The position numbers were made by a program, and so were the translations under genes. A stretch of DNA of 64,000 bases from Gammaproteobacteria bacterium. Lineage in GTDB: Bacteria; Pseudomonadota; Gammaproteobacteria; VBWC01. Positions 1 to 9,761 of this stretch are shown here, one piece after another. The DNA lies in NCBI GenBank assembly GCA_006218035.1, contig VBWC01000010.1, positions 75,572 through 139,571 of the forward strand. The letters are read 5' to 3'. The first letter of the stretch is position 1. Every line of letters begins with the position of its first letter. Under the pieces are notes generated by a model. That model had not been told where the DNA came from and did no database searches. It worked only from the letters and a program-made list of their open reading frames with translations.

Positions 1-1
1 C

Positions 2-457
2 GCGCGCCGCTCCTGCCGGGTCCGCGACCAGAATATGGACCTGACTCCAGTCCAGATCCGCACCACGCACCGTGATCTGCTGAACCTGGCCCTCGTAACG
101 GCGGGTGGTTCCGGCTTCAAAGGGAATCAATCCAACGGCGGCGATATTTCTTGCCTGAACCTGCGGGGCCGGCGCCGTGGCCAGCCCTGAAAACTGCTGC
201 ATACCGCCACCCATCGCGTCTGGAGCGGTCCCGGTTTGCGGCCATGCGGCCCCGGCAACGGTGGGCTGCTGCGGATAAGGTGCCTGGGGCGCGTCTACCG
301 GACCGGCGTCTTGAACCACGTGCGCCAGCCGATGCCCGACCCCGTTGCGACCGCCCTGATGCTGGCGGTCCCAGAAATTATCCGGCAGCAGGGCTCCGAT
401 GATAAGCCCGATTATAAAAATAAGGCCAAGACTGGTGATCCACTGCTCCGGCTTCAT
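2..457 (-). CDS. mamS: Magnetosome protein MamS (5' part; runs off the left edge of the window)
   Basis: Not in the ORF track. Manual translation from the ATG at 457 gives MKPEQWITSLGLIFIIGLIIGALLP...LIPFEAGTTRRYEGQVQQITVRGADLDWSQVHILV: an N-terminal TM helix, a low-complexity linker, then a MamS-like core. It lies directly downstream of mamB, as in mamAB operons. Confidence 0.8.
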   Translation of the reverse strand, partial: MKPEQWITSLGLIFIIGLIIGALLPDNFWDRQHQGGRNGVGHRLAHVVQDAGPVDAPQAPYPQQPTVAGAAWPQTGTAPDAMGGGMQQFSGLATAPAPQVQARNIAAVGLIPFEAGTTRRYEGQVQQITVRGADLDWSQVHILVADPAGAAR

Positions 458-503
458 CTCTCTACAACCGCACGTCGTTATACGCGGACGATACTCGCTG
501 GCG

Positions 504-1436
504 TCATTCGGCCATCGCAGGCACGGACGCCTTGCGACGGAAACTCCGCTGCGGCTTCTTGCCTGCCTCGACCGGTGTCACCGAAACGATAACGTCGCGC
601 ACGTGGGGAACCTCATCGAATATCCGCTGCCGGATCTCCGCCGCTATCCGGTCGCTTTCGCTGACCTTGATGCCGCGGTTAATATAGAGATTGATATCAA
701 GATGGGTGTCCTCACCGACATTCCGCCCCCTGAGATAGCAGACACCGTCAACCTTCGGATGCTCCTTGGCAATGCGATAGACGTCCTTGAGCACGTCGAT
801 ATCGACCGAGGAATCCATCAATCCCTTCACGGCATCCATATTAAGCTCGATGCCGATCTTGGCGACCAGAATGCCGACGCCAATCGCCGCAATCTCATCG
901 GCGATCGGAAATCCCGAGACCGCGAACACGATCCCGATCAACACGGCTACCGAGGAAATCGCATCGGAACGATTATCCCAGGCGTTTGCGATGATCGCCG
1001 GGCTGTTGTTCTCCCTGCCTACGCAACCCTGGTAACGAAACATCAACTCATTCACCAGCACCGATACGCCGGCGCCGAGCATCGCAAAAGCGTTGGGGGA
1101 CGAGAGATTGCCGATAATAATCGCGTGCAGCGATTCGTACATGATGTACAGCGCGCCGAAAAACAGGATCAGCCCGACAATCGACGACGAAATGTACTGG
1201 ATATTTCCATAACCGTAGGGGTGATCCTCGTCCGGGGGTCGCGACGACAGCTTCAGGCTGAATAACGTTACCGAGGTTGCCACGACGTCAGCGCCCGAAT
1301 GAACGGCATCTGCCACCAGGGCCGCGCTGCCGGTAATGATTCCCATGGCGCCCTTGTAAAACACCAGGCCGATGTTGACGAATAACGCCCACCACACGAC
1401 CTCGTCCCGGCATAGCTTGCAACGTTCGTATCTCAT
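504..1436 (-). CDS. mamB: Magnetosome CDF transporter MamB
   Basis: CDF motifs (ALVADAVHSGAD, HPYGYG, NAWDNRSD), N-terminal CxxC-R-D-E-V-V-W-W typical of MamB, and position after mamR. Confidence 0.95.
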   Translation of the reverse strand: MRYERCKLCRDEVVWWALFVNIGLVFYKGAMGIITGSAALVADAVHSGADVVATSVTLFSLKLSSRPPDEDHPYGYGNIQYISSSIVGLILFFGALYIMYESLHAIIIGNLSSPNAFAMLGAGVSVLVNELMFRYQGCVGRENNSPAIIANAWDNRSDAISSVAVLIGIVFAVSGFPIADEIAAIGVGILVAKIGIELNMDAVKGLMDSSVDIDVLKDVYRIAKEHPKVDGVCYLRGRNVGEDTHLDINLYINRGIKVSESDRIAAEIRQRIFDEVPHVRDVIVSVTPVEAGKKPQRSFRRKASVPAMAE

Positions 1437-1684
1437 TTGTGCAAATATTCCAGTATCGCCTGCCCGGGAACCCGATAGTTCCCACCCACCTGCTTGCCAC
1501 GCATTTCTCCTGCGCGCAGCAACCTGATGACACTACGCCGGTCGGTATTCAGGAATCGCGCAACATCGGCCGTGTTATAAATTCTGTGCGGCTTGATCTC
1601 GCGCGTCGACAGGTCATGCAAATCCTTGACCGCGACGATCATCGACAGCACCGCGCCGGCGCGCACCAGGGCTGTCCAGATCAT
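1433..1684 (-). CDS. mamR: Magnetosome protein MamR (small HTH/excisionase-like domain)
   Basis: 83 aa, MIWTALVRAGAVLSMI...IYNTADVARFL...GNYRVPGQAILEYL. Overlaps mamQ and mamB by 4 bp. Confidence 0.9.
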   Translation of the reverse strand: MIWTALVRAGAVLSMIVAVKDLHDLSTREIKPHRIYNTADVARFLNTDRRSVIRLLRAGEMRGKQVGGNYRVPGQAILEYLHK

Positions 1685-2526
1685 TTTGTTATCCCCGGCG
1701 TACCAGGTATCAATTGCCTGTATAGCTCGGGCTCGAGGACCGGATTATCCGAGCCTCCGAACGACATATGAACATAATCCATACGCGAGAAACCCGTGAC
1801 GTCGGCCAGCATCTTCCAGGGGAAACGGCTGATTTCCTGGTTATACATACGGAGTGCTTCGTGATACTGGACCGTTCTCAGCGCAATGCGATCCTCCATC
1901 TCGACCAGAGAATCCATCATGTGTTTGTATGTTTCGGATGACTTGATATTCGGATATTGCTCAACGACCGCCAACAACCGGCCGATCGAAGATTCCATCC
2001 CGCCGCTACCGGCCAGCGCCTTTTCCATGGACTCCGCGAAGCCTTTATCTATCGACGGCAACCCCTGAGCCGCGGCCGCGCCGGCACCGTCCGCTCCAGC
2101 GAACTGTTTCAACAGATCGGTCTTCGCGTCGTCCGGGATCTTCGAGTTCTTGATAATCTCCGCACGCATCTTCGATGTCGTCGAAAACACGTCATGCTCG
2201 AGTTCGGCGTGACTCAACGTAAGCTTGACAAGGTTACCGAAAAGATTCGCGCGGCGTTGATACGCAGCATCCATATTGTATTTCTTCGAAATCGAGTCCT
2301 CTCGCAGCTTGATAAAGTGATTGAACTTGAGCGCCATGATCGCCATGGTCAACACCAGCCCCGCCACGGTGATCCAGAGCATCACCCTGAGATTACGCAC
2401 CCGGGTGACTACCGCCGGCGGGTTCAGCTCGTCGTGATAGAGCTCGCGCAGTAACGCGCCGGGCTGCTGGATGCGCCGGAACTCGGCGTTATCCAGTTCA
2501 TCGTAACTGTCAAATGATTGAGGCAT
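1681..2526 (-). CDS. mamQ: Magnetosome protein MamQ (LemA family)
   Basis: One TM segment, then LemA motifs (QRRANL, LLAVVEQYPNIKS, EMEDRI, YNQEISRFPW). Synteny fits. Confidence 0.95.
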   Translation of the reverse strand: MPQSFDSYDELDNAEFRRIQQPGALLRELYHDELNPPAVVTRVRNLRVMLWITVAGLVLTMAIMALKFNHFIKLREDSISKKYNMDAAYQRRANLFGNLVKLTLSHAELEHDVFSTTSKMRAEIIKNSKIPDDAKTDLLKQFAGADGAGAAAAQGLPSIDKGFAESMEKALAGSGGMESSIGRLLAVVEQYPNIKSSETYKHMMDSLVEMEDRIALRTVQYHEALRMYNQEISRFPWKMLADVTGFSRMDYVHMSFGGSDNPVLEPELYRQLIPGTPGITK

Positions 2527-2571
2527 ACACTATCACCGCCAGTAATGTATCAGATGAGCCCAGTTTAGCGA

Positions 2572-3222
2572 CTACTTCGCCGCCGTTTCCTCAAGTTCAT
2601 TCGCGCGCTTGTAATGCTCTACGGCAGTCTCGCGATTACCCTGCAGCTCATAGGCGAAACCGATCGCGCGATGCAACTTGGATTCATTCGGTCGCAGCTC
2701 GAGCGCTGCCTTGAAGCACTCGATCGCCTTGTCATGCTGCTTCAGGTGATCATAGGCGACACCCAGTTTGTATTTCAGATTGAAATTCTCCGGATTCCGC
2801 TCGCTGGCCAGCTCCAGCAGGGAAACCGCCTTGTCGAACTGTTCGAGCTGTGTGTAGGCAATACCCAGCACCGACGCGATGCGGACGGAATCCGGGTGCG
2901 TCACCTGAGCCTCCTCCAGCAGCGCGACCCCGTCTTCGATTTGACCCGTTTTGAGATAGCTCATGCCCAGATACAGCGTGATTTCCGGATCTTCCGGGTC
3001 CTCCTGATGCAGCGTCGCCAGCAATGGCAAGGCCTTCGCATAGGCCTTCTTCTTGGCGTAGGCAAGACCTTTATTGCGGTAAAAATTGGCGCGCGTGTTC
3101 TCGTCTATGGTAAACAGGGAGTGAAACCCCGAGATCATGCCATTAGCCACCCGCTTTGCAACGTTGGCGCTCGCCACTGCGTACAATTCCACCGTGTCAC
3201 CAATGTTCATTCGCTGAGTCAT
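2572..3222 (-). CDS. mamA: Magnetosome TPR protein MamA
   Basis: About 5-6 TPR repeats, 216 aa, located between mamP and mamQ. Confidence 0.93.
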   Translation of the reverse strand: MTQRMNIGDTVELYAVASANVAKRVANGMISGFHSLFTIDENTRANFYRNKGLAYAKKKAYAKALPLLATLHQEDPEDPEITLYLGMSYLKTGQIEDGVALLEEAQVTHPDSVRIASVLGIAYTQLEQFDKAVSLLELASERNPENFNLKYKLGVAYDHLKQHDKAIECFKAALELRPNESKLHRAIGFAYELQGNRETAVEHYKRANELEETAAK

Positions 3223-3380
3223 TACGTCCTACCTCCAACAGGTAAATTTTTATCAGTTTCGTTCACAACCGCCGACCCGGACTCCGACCGCTGCTTTGCT
3301 ATCGGAGCATCCGAATCCCACCTTATCGATCCTCGACATATCATTCCGTGCGTCCCTCTCGTAAACACCTGTCAATCGTC

Positions 3381-4400
3381 CTATAAACGCAGCTTGATAA
3401 TGTGACACGCGATACACGGCCCGCGGTCCTGATGCGGTTGCTGCTTGTGATCCGCCTGCGCCTGGGTAATCGGCGGCGGATTCATCGTAACCATATCCGG
3501 GTCCGGCGTCAGCTCCCAGCCGGTACCAATCGCATGACAGTTGGTGCAGGGGCCACGATCCGGATGCGGCCGCTGAGCGCCCGGCATAATCATCCCCGCG
3601 CCTTCCAGTTGAGCAAACCCGAGTTCCGCATCGGTACGCAGCGTCAGAGACATACCGCGCATTTGGTAACGCCCCGTGGCGGCATCCATCACATTCGTCT
3701 TGCGCAACACCGTCATTGACGACTCCTGCAGGGTCTTGACGGTTTTGGTTGCCGCCTGGAACTCCTCCAGTGTCGGCACCGCGATGTTGTTGACTTGAGT
3801 AATCACGTCGCCACCCAGTAGACCCGACATCGACGCTTCCATCGTTACCTGGCCGACCAGTATGCCGAGAAGACCGGAGGGAAACCGGAGTTTGGCCCGC
3901 ATTTCACTATCGAGCCGACGCACATCCATGCCCATCCAGTGCGCCTCGTCCACCGCCATGTTTTTCGGAATAAAGTTTGGCGGAACCTCAGGGGCAAATT
4001 CGTTGCCCGGCGGCGGCGACCCGGCCACGGTGGGCTGAACTGGGTCCACCGCAACACCGTTCATTCCCATGTCGGTCGTGTTGGCGATCGCGACAAATTG
4101 CGGGCCGCCCTGTTGCGGCGCCCCAAACATTGCCTGCACTGCAGCCGGGTTGCCGGCGGGATCGAGCTGCGCGGCATTCATCGGGTTCATGTTCTGTAGA
4201 TTGGCAATCGCACCGGCATCGATCGGGACACCTGGCGCCGGAAAGTTCCCGACAGCGGTGCCCGGTATCGGCGTGCCATCCGCCTGCAATGCGGTGTTCG
4301 ACGACGACCGCGTCACGAAATTATCGCCATACAACGCGAACATCACGGTCACCACCAATATGATCAGAACTACGCCAGGAAAGAAGCCGTCGAATTTCAT
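3381..4400 (-). CDS. mamP: Magnetosome protein MamP (PDZ + two magnetochrome hemes)
   Basis: N-terminal TM, EAHWMGMD PDZ start, and two PHxxRGPCxxCH motifs (CTNCH, CIACH). Confidence 0.95.
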   Translation of the reverse strand: MKFDGFFPGVVLIILVVTVMFALYGDNFVTRSSSNTALQADGTPIPGTAVGNFPAPGVPIDAGAIANLQNMNPMNAAQLDPAGNPAAVQAMFGAPQQGGPQFVAIANTTDMGMNGVAVDPVQPTVAGSPPPGNEFAPEVPPNFIPKNMAVDEAHWMGMDVRRLDSEMRAKLRFPSGLLGILVGQVTMEASMSGLLGGDVITQVNNIAVPTLEEFQAATKTVKTLQESSMTVLRKTNVMDAATGRYQMRGMSLTLRTDAELGFAQLEGAGMIMPGAQRPHPDRGPCTNCHAIGTGWELTPDPDMVTMNPPPITQAQADHKQQPHQDRGPCIACHIIKLRL

Positions 4401-4423
4401 CTTTACACATCATTTCCAATAGT

Positions 4424-6457
4424 TCATGGACGGAAGAAAAGCATTTTGACCGCGATCGCCAACATGATGGCCATGTAGAGCCACTTCAACGCCACGATCG
4501 GCAACACCTTCATCAATTTAGCGCCGAGGATGCCACCGAAATACGCGCCCGGGATCATGATCAACGCGAGTGTAATAGGTGTCTGCCACTCGATCAGGCC
4601 GGTGCTGATGCCGTGCGAAAATGCCACGATGGCGCCGCCGACCGAGGCCCAGAATACCAGCACGGAGCTGTTCGCGATCGCGTTACGCAGAGGCACTTTC
4701 CCGAGATATCGCTGCAATGGCACCTCGACCACGCCACCGCTGATTCCCAGAATACCGCTGATCAGGCCCATCGGCAGTCCCAGCGCCGCATGCTTCGTTG
4801 CGTTTTCCGGTGTGCCGATGAACGATACCTGCTCATCCTGGTCGCCATTCCCCGTTGCCAGCAGATCGTCCATGATTTCGTCATCGGAGGCGCGCCGCGC
4901 ATCACTCGGGTCCTTGATCAGGATCTGCTCCTGATCGTCGACAAAAATCTCCATGAACGCCTTGATCGCCATCAGCAATGCAAAAATGCCGAGCATGTAG
5001 TAAATCACCACTTCGCCGACCGAATTGCCGATGAAATACCCGACGACGACACCCACCACCGCCCATGGCGCAAGCGCGCGAACGTTATCCCACATCACCA
5101 GGCCGGCATTATGGTTACGATAGGCTGACGCGCCGTATACAAAGATATTGGTCAGATAGGCTACCGGGCGGATCAGGTACATACCGTAACCGAAAAATAC
5201 CATCATGCCGGCGACTTGAATGACCCCGCCACCCATGGTCATCATGCCACCGGTGATACCGGCAACTAACGCCAGCAATGCCAGCCCGAGGATGTTCTCG
5301 AGCGGATGTCCGCCAATGCGCGGCCCGAGCAGATGTTCCGGATCGAGAATCCCCGCGGAAATACCTGGATCCAGCATCATCGCCGCCGCCGCGGGATTGC
5401 CCCCCATGGCGCCGGCCATCGGCGGCACACCGACATTATTGCCCGCGATGTTCATGCCCAGCAGCGGACCGGAACTACCGGAAACCTGCGCCTGCGCCTT
5501 GGCCCACCACGCGGCGGACCCGCCGGTCATGCCGCCGGAACCTGCCGGCGACACCATGCCAGCCACTTGCACCACGGACGGCGCATTACTGGCGCCCGTC
5601 CCGGCCGCCTGCGGACCCGGCGCGCGCGCTGGCGTAACCGTGCCTTTGCCGAGCTTGAATTTAAGCACATCCTGGAAATGCGCCATGATCACATGCGACG
5701 GCACGGCGAATCCTTCAACAGTGCCGTTGGGACGAGTCACGGCAATACTGATACCGACCAGTTCACCACGTCCGTTTACCAGCGGCCCGCCGGATTGCTC
5801 CCAGGTGTAAATGGCGTTGGTGCCGAGCAAGTGCGACACACGGATCGTCTCCGGCTGGATCGTCATATTGATACTGGTCAGCGACCCGGGTCTGACCAGC
5901 GCATTCCCCTGAATGCCCTGACCAAAACCGAATACCGGATCGCCGGTCTGCAACACCTGCGTATCCGCAAGCGTCAGATAGAGGAAGCGATCCTGCGTCA
6001 GCATCTTCAGTAAAACGATGTCATGATCGGGCATCGATTTGACGATCGTTGCGTCATACCGCCTGACCCCCTGGGGCGTTTTTACCATCACATTGATGGC
6101 GGGCAGTTCCACTACCGAGTGCAACGTAGTCAGTACATAACCGCCTGAACCGACGATCGCGCCCGATGCCAGCGTGCCGGAATTGATGCCGGGTCCGCTG
6201 ATGCCGACCACCGCCGGTGGAATCGCATCGTAGAGAAACTGGATGTCGGGATTGGCTGATTCCTGGTAAAAACCGCGAATGGCGAATTCCTCCAGTTCCA
6301 CCTCGCCTTCGTTCATCGCGCCCCGTATCAGGTAGAACCCCCAGATAAATGTCAGTATCAACGCCGCGGTAAGCGCGAAGGCCGGGATACGCCACGGGCG
6401 TTTACAGAACAACACCGTGTTCGGGACGAGTTGAGCGGCTTTGTGTCCAGGTTGCAT
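4424..6457 (-). CDS. mamO: Magnetosome protein MamO (trypsin-like domain + TauE/SafE transporter domain)
   Basis: VLTTLH / DHDIVLLK / WEQSGGPL trypsin-like motifs, then a multi-TM TauE domain (GMMTMGGG, GILGISGGVVEVPLQ). Confidence 0.95.
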   Translation of the reverse strand: MQPGHKAAQLVPNTVLFCKRPWRIPAFALTAALILTFIWGFYLIRGAMNEGEVELEEFAIRGFYQESANPDIQFLYDAIPPAVVGISGPGINSGTLASGAIVGSGGYVLTTLHSVVELPAINVMVKTPQGVRRYDATIVKSMPDHDIVLLKMLTQDRFLYLTLADTQVLQTGDPVFGFGQGIQGNALVRPGSLTSINMTIQPETIRVSHLLGTNAIYTWEQSGGPLVNGRGELVGISIAVTRPNGTVEGFAVPSHVIMAHFQDVLKFKLGKGTVTPARAPGPQAAGTGASNAPSVVQVAGMVSPAGSGGMTGGSAAWWAKAQAQVSGSSGPLLGMNIAGNNVGVPPMAGAMGGNPAAAAMMLDPGISAGILDPEHLLGPRIGGHPLENILGLALLALVAGITGGMMTMGGGVIQVAGMMVFFGYGMYLIRPVAYLTNIFVYGASAYRNHNAGLVMWDNVRALAPWAVVGVVVGYFIGNSVGEVVIYYMLGIFALLMAIKAFMEIFVDDQEQILIKDPSDARRASDDEIMDDLLATGNGDQDEQVSFIGTPENATKHAALGLPMGLISGILGISGGVVEVPLQRYLGKVPLRNAIANSSVLVFWASVGGAIVAFSHGISTGLIEWQTPITLALIMIPGAYFGGILGAKLMKVLPIVALKWLYMAIMLAIAVKMLFFRP

Positions 6458-6500
6458 ACTTTTATAATCCTGCTAAAACCTCAAAAAACAGCCGAGTTCA

Positions 6501-7832
6501 TCAGCGCGCTGTGATCATGACGTAGATCGTGGACAGCACCAGAAACAAAAACATGATCGGCAATCCCCAGCGCAAATAACTCTTGAAATCGAGTGTCGCA
6601 TTGCCGGACATCGTATCGCGCATTTCGGGGTGTGCGGCGACAAAACGTTCGAGATGCGAGGCCGCCACCGACCCCGCCGTCGCGCCGGTCAGCGACGCAG
6701 ACGACCCTGCCAGTATCCCCAGCGACAAGGCCCACCAGACGACCGGATCACCGGCCGAGAGATACATGTCACCGGCCACGGGTACCAGAAACGCTGTCGC
6801 CGCACCGGCATTCAAAAATATCGCCGCCACCGCCGCCAGCCACATCAACACAATCAATTGCAGCACTTCATAGCCACCGCTTACACCATAGATAAACCAC
6901 TCGAATCCCCGCAGCACACCGGCCGCCGCCAGGCCACCAACCATGACAAACAGGCCGGTGAAAAATAATATGTCGCCACCACCACAGGCGGAAAACAGTG
7001 AATCTCGATCAAAGCGTCCAAGCGACAGCGCCAGAAATCCGGTCCACAACGCTATCCACGCCGGGCTGAGACCAAAACGCTCCGCCACCAAAAACCCGAC
7101 CAGCGCAGCCGCCAGCAGCACCAACCCGACCTTCAGCAAGTACGGTTCATACGGTTGCTCGCGGACCGCGTCTCGCATCGCCGCCACGAGTTTGCCATTA
7201 CCTGGAGAGCGCCCGCCATCGATATCGATGTCGTTGCGTCGCCACTGAAAATACGCAAACATCGCCGCCAGCAGAATCAGGCACGGCACCATCATGCCGC
7301 TGATGAAATCGATGAAATGCAAATGAGCGGCCGACGCTATGATCATATTGGGAAAATCGCCGATCATTGTGGAAGCGCCACCAAGATTCGACGCGACAAC
7401 CTCTGCAATCAGTATCGGGATCGGATTGATTTCTATCTGGTGACAGATTGCCAGGGTCACCGGCAGGATTACCACCATCGCCGAGAGATTATTAACCAGC
7501 ATCGAAAGCCCGTATGTCCCGAGCGAGAAGATCACCAGCACCCACCAGCCGTTGCCCATCGAATGGACAGCCATACGTTTGGCGACCACGCCAAACACGC
7601 CTGATTTAGCGAGCAACGCCGACACCAGAGACATGCCAAATATCAGCGCCAGCGTTTCGAAATAAATAGCATCAATCGCCTGCGCAAGCGGGTAGATGCC
7701 GGACACAAGACCGAACAGCAACATTACACCGGCGCCGGCCATGACCGCCGTTTTCCGCTCGACCATACCGCGGAATATCAGCGTAAACACGCCGCCAAAT
7801 ATGGCGATGGCGATTAACGCATTGGCGCTCAT
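6501..7832 (-). CDS. mamN: Magnetosome protein MamN (ArsB/NhaD/CitM-like membrane transporter)
   Basis: Highly hydrophobic, with the SNLGGASTMIGDFPNMII motif. Lies between mamM and mamO, with a 1-bp TGATG overlap with mamM. Confidence 0.92.
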   Translation of the reverse strand: MSANALIAIAIFGGVFTLIFRGMVERKTAVMAGAGVMLLFGLVSGIYPLAQAIDAIYFETLALIFGMSLVSALLAKSGVFGVVAKRMAVHSMGNGWWVLVIFSLGTYGLSMLVNNLSAMVVILPVTLAICHQIEINPIPILIAEVVASNLGGASTMIGDFPNMIIASAAHLHFIDFISGMMVPCLILLAAMFAYFQWRRNDIDIDGGRSPGNGKLVAAMRDAVREQPYEPYLLKVGLVLLAAALVGFLVAERFGLSPAWIALWTGFLALSLGRFDRDSLFSACGGGDILFFTGLFVMVGGLAAAGVLRGFEWFIYGVSGGYEVLQLIVLMWLAAVAAIFLNAGAATAFLVPVAGDMYLSAGDPVVWWALSLGILAGSSASLTGATAGSVAASHLERFVAAHPEMRDTMSGNATLDFKSYLRWGLPIMFLFLVLSTIYVMITAR

Positions 7833-8866
7833 CAGTCCAGTACGCTCTCCAGATCTAGCGACAGATCCTTGCTGGGATTCGTTCCCGCAGCGGTGCTGCA
7901 GCCTTTCGACTTGCTGCAGCCCGCCGCCTGCTCGCAGCCAGCCGCGGCCTCCGAAGGAATCGCCGCCGCTTCCTGCACGACGCTCCGCACGGTTTCTGAC
8001 TGAAACTTGATCTGCACCAGCCCGAGATTGGGGATGCGCCGGCTCATATTGTGATGTACGGCGTCGGTAATACTGTGCGCTTCCTCAACGGTAATGTCAG
8101 GATCGACGCGCAATACGACCTCGGCCATGAGTTCCTGACCAATATATCGCGTGCGCAGGTGGTTGACCTCGTGCACACCTTTCGTCGCCTTCGCGATCTC
8201 GACGATCTTTTCCCGCATCGGCTTCGACACCGAACGGTCCATCAGCCCGCGATATGAATCCCGGAAAACCTCTCCGCCAAGGAACATCAGGTGCATAGTT
8301 TCGAACAATGCGACCAGCGTATCGATCCACGGCATACCCAAATAGTTCGCGCCGAGAATACCGACCGCCACCGCCGCCGACGAAGTCGCATCAGCGTGAT
8401 GGTGATGCGACAGGGTGCGTACCATCGGACTGTTGGCTTCGATGGCGACGCAGCGCGAATAGTAATACATGACCACATTGACGGCGATCGAGATCAACGC
8501 CGCCCATAACGCGATCAGGTGCGGTGTACGATGTGTGCTGCTGTCCAGCAGAAGTTGCAAGGCGTGGACAAAAAGCAGCGCGGTTATAAACAGAAACACG
8601 ACGCTGATCATCAGCGACAGAATGAATTCGATTTTTCCGTGACCATACGGATGATCACGATCCAGCGGCTGCCCGGAAACATTGACGCCGACGATCACCA
8701 GTATCGATGTCACGACATCCTTGGCCGAATACATCGCGTCGGCCAGCAGTGCGCTCGAGCCTGCGATCAGTCCGACGAAGCTCTTCATCAGCATCAGCGC
8801 CGAGTTGGTCACCAGACCGACCCAGCCGACTGATCTAAAACACCACAGACACTCTTTATATCTCAT
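7832..8866 (-). CDS. mamM: Magnetosome CDF transporter MamM
   Basis: N-terminal CxxCxRSVGW, ADAMYSAKD, HPYGHGKIEF and HHHADA motifs characteristic of MamM. Confidence 0.95.
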   Translation of the reverse strand: MRYKECLWCFRSVGWVGLVTNSALMLMKSFVGLIAGSSALLADAMYSAKDVVTSILVIVGVNVSGQPLDRDHPYGHGKIEFILSLMISVVFLFITALLFVHALQLLLDSSTHRTPHLIALWAALISIAVNVVMYYYSRCVAIEANSPMVRTLSHHHHADATSSAAVAVGILGANYLGMPWIDTLVALFETMHLMFLGGEVFRDSYRGLMDRSVSKPMREKIVEIAKATKGVHEVNHLRTRYIGQELMAEVVLRVDPDITVEEAHSITDAVHHNMSRRIPNLGLVQIKFQSETVRSVVQEAAAIPSEAAAGCEQAAGCSKSKGCSTAAGTNPSKDLSLDLESVLD

Positions 8867-9024
8867 CGCGACGTATCGCTCCGACTGCGAACACTCATTC
8901 AGCTACCAACAAACACCGGATCGTTGCATCTACGGTATTTGCAAAACGCAAAACACCGATCCAGCGAGCAACTGATCCCGTCCAACGCCGTCGTTATCCT
9001 GCCAACCGTTCCGCGGACAATGCG

Positions 9025-9309
9025 CTATTCTCGCTTGCGAGCCAATTCTTTTGGCCCCATGGTCGCGCGCATCAATTCCCTGTTGCGACCCGCACTCTTG
9101 CGGCGGCCTCCTTTGGCTGCCCTGAATACCACCGCCAGCAATGCGAACGCATAACCGACGATGAATGCCATCACCACAACAACAATCAATGGCACTTGAA
9201 CCGGCGGCCCGACCAATAAATACACCGGCACCATATCCATATTTTGTGACGCAAAGATGCCGATCGCGACAATGACTAAAAAGTAAAAAATTACCCTTAA
9301 AATGAACAT
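9025..9309 (-). CDS. mamL: Magnetosome membrane protein MamL
   Basis: Two TM helices and a basic C-terminal tail (KGGRRKSAGRNR), between mamK and mamM. Start moved to the ATG at 9309 (the track starts at 9393). Confidence 0.85.
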   Translation of the reverse strand: MFILRVIFYFLVIVAIGIFASQNMDMVPVYLLVGPPVQVPLIVVVVMAFIVGYAFALLAVVFRAAKGGRRKSAGRNRELMRATMGPKELARKRE

Positions 9310-9556
9310 TACCGTGTTGAGCGCGCGCGTATCTTTTCTGTCACGGGTTAGTCTGTCAGTGCTGCCAGCGTCCGTCAACAACAACAGCAACAAAAAGAAA
9401 TACTTAATAACAACGATTGTTATTTATTTCTGTTCACTCAACACGAAACTGCGCGGACTGCCAGGTGAGAACTACCGGAGAGAAACGACGGGCTACAATG
9501 CATCGGCGTGGCAAACAATGAATTTACATTTTGTGCGCGACACACCACATGCAAAC

Positions 9557-9577
9557 GTAATGAGAATAGTTTCAATA
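9557..9577. promoter_or_regulatory. Possible Fur-box-like site in the AT-rich mamK-mamL intergenic region
   Basis: GTAATGAGAATAGTTTCAATA partially matches the Fur consensus (about 11/19 by eye). Confidence 0.3.
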
Positions 9578-9761
9578 AACGAGAACTCGTTAAGGGTTTG
9601 GTGCTACAAGAATCTGCACGACAATACAAACCAGCGACGGTGATTTCACGGCAGCGGCAATGACCGTGATATGGGCACGCGTATTCGCGCCATTAACGGT
9701 TACAGCGCGTCGTTATCGCCGGTCCGGCGGGATATCTCCGGACAAATCGCAGTACGCACGG

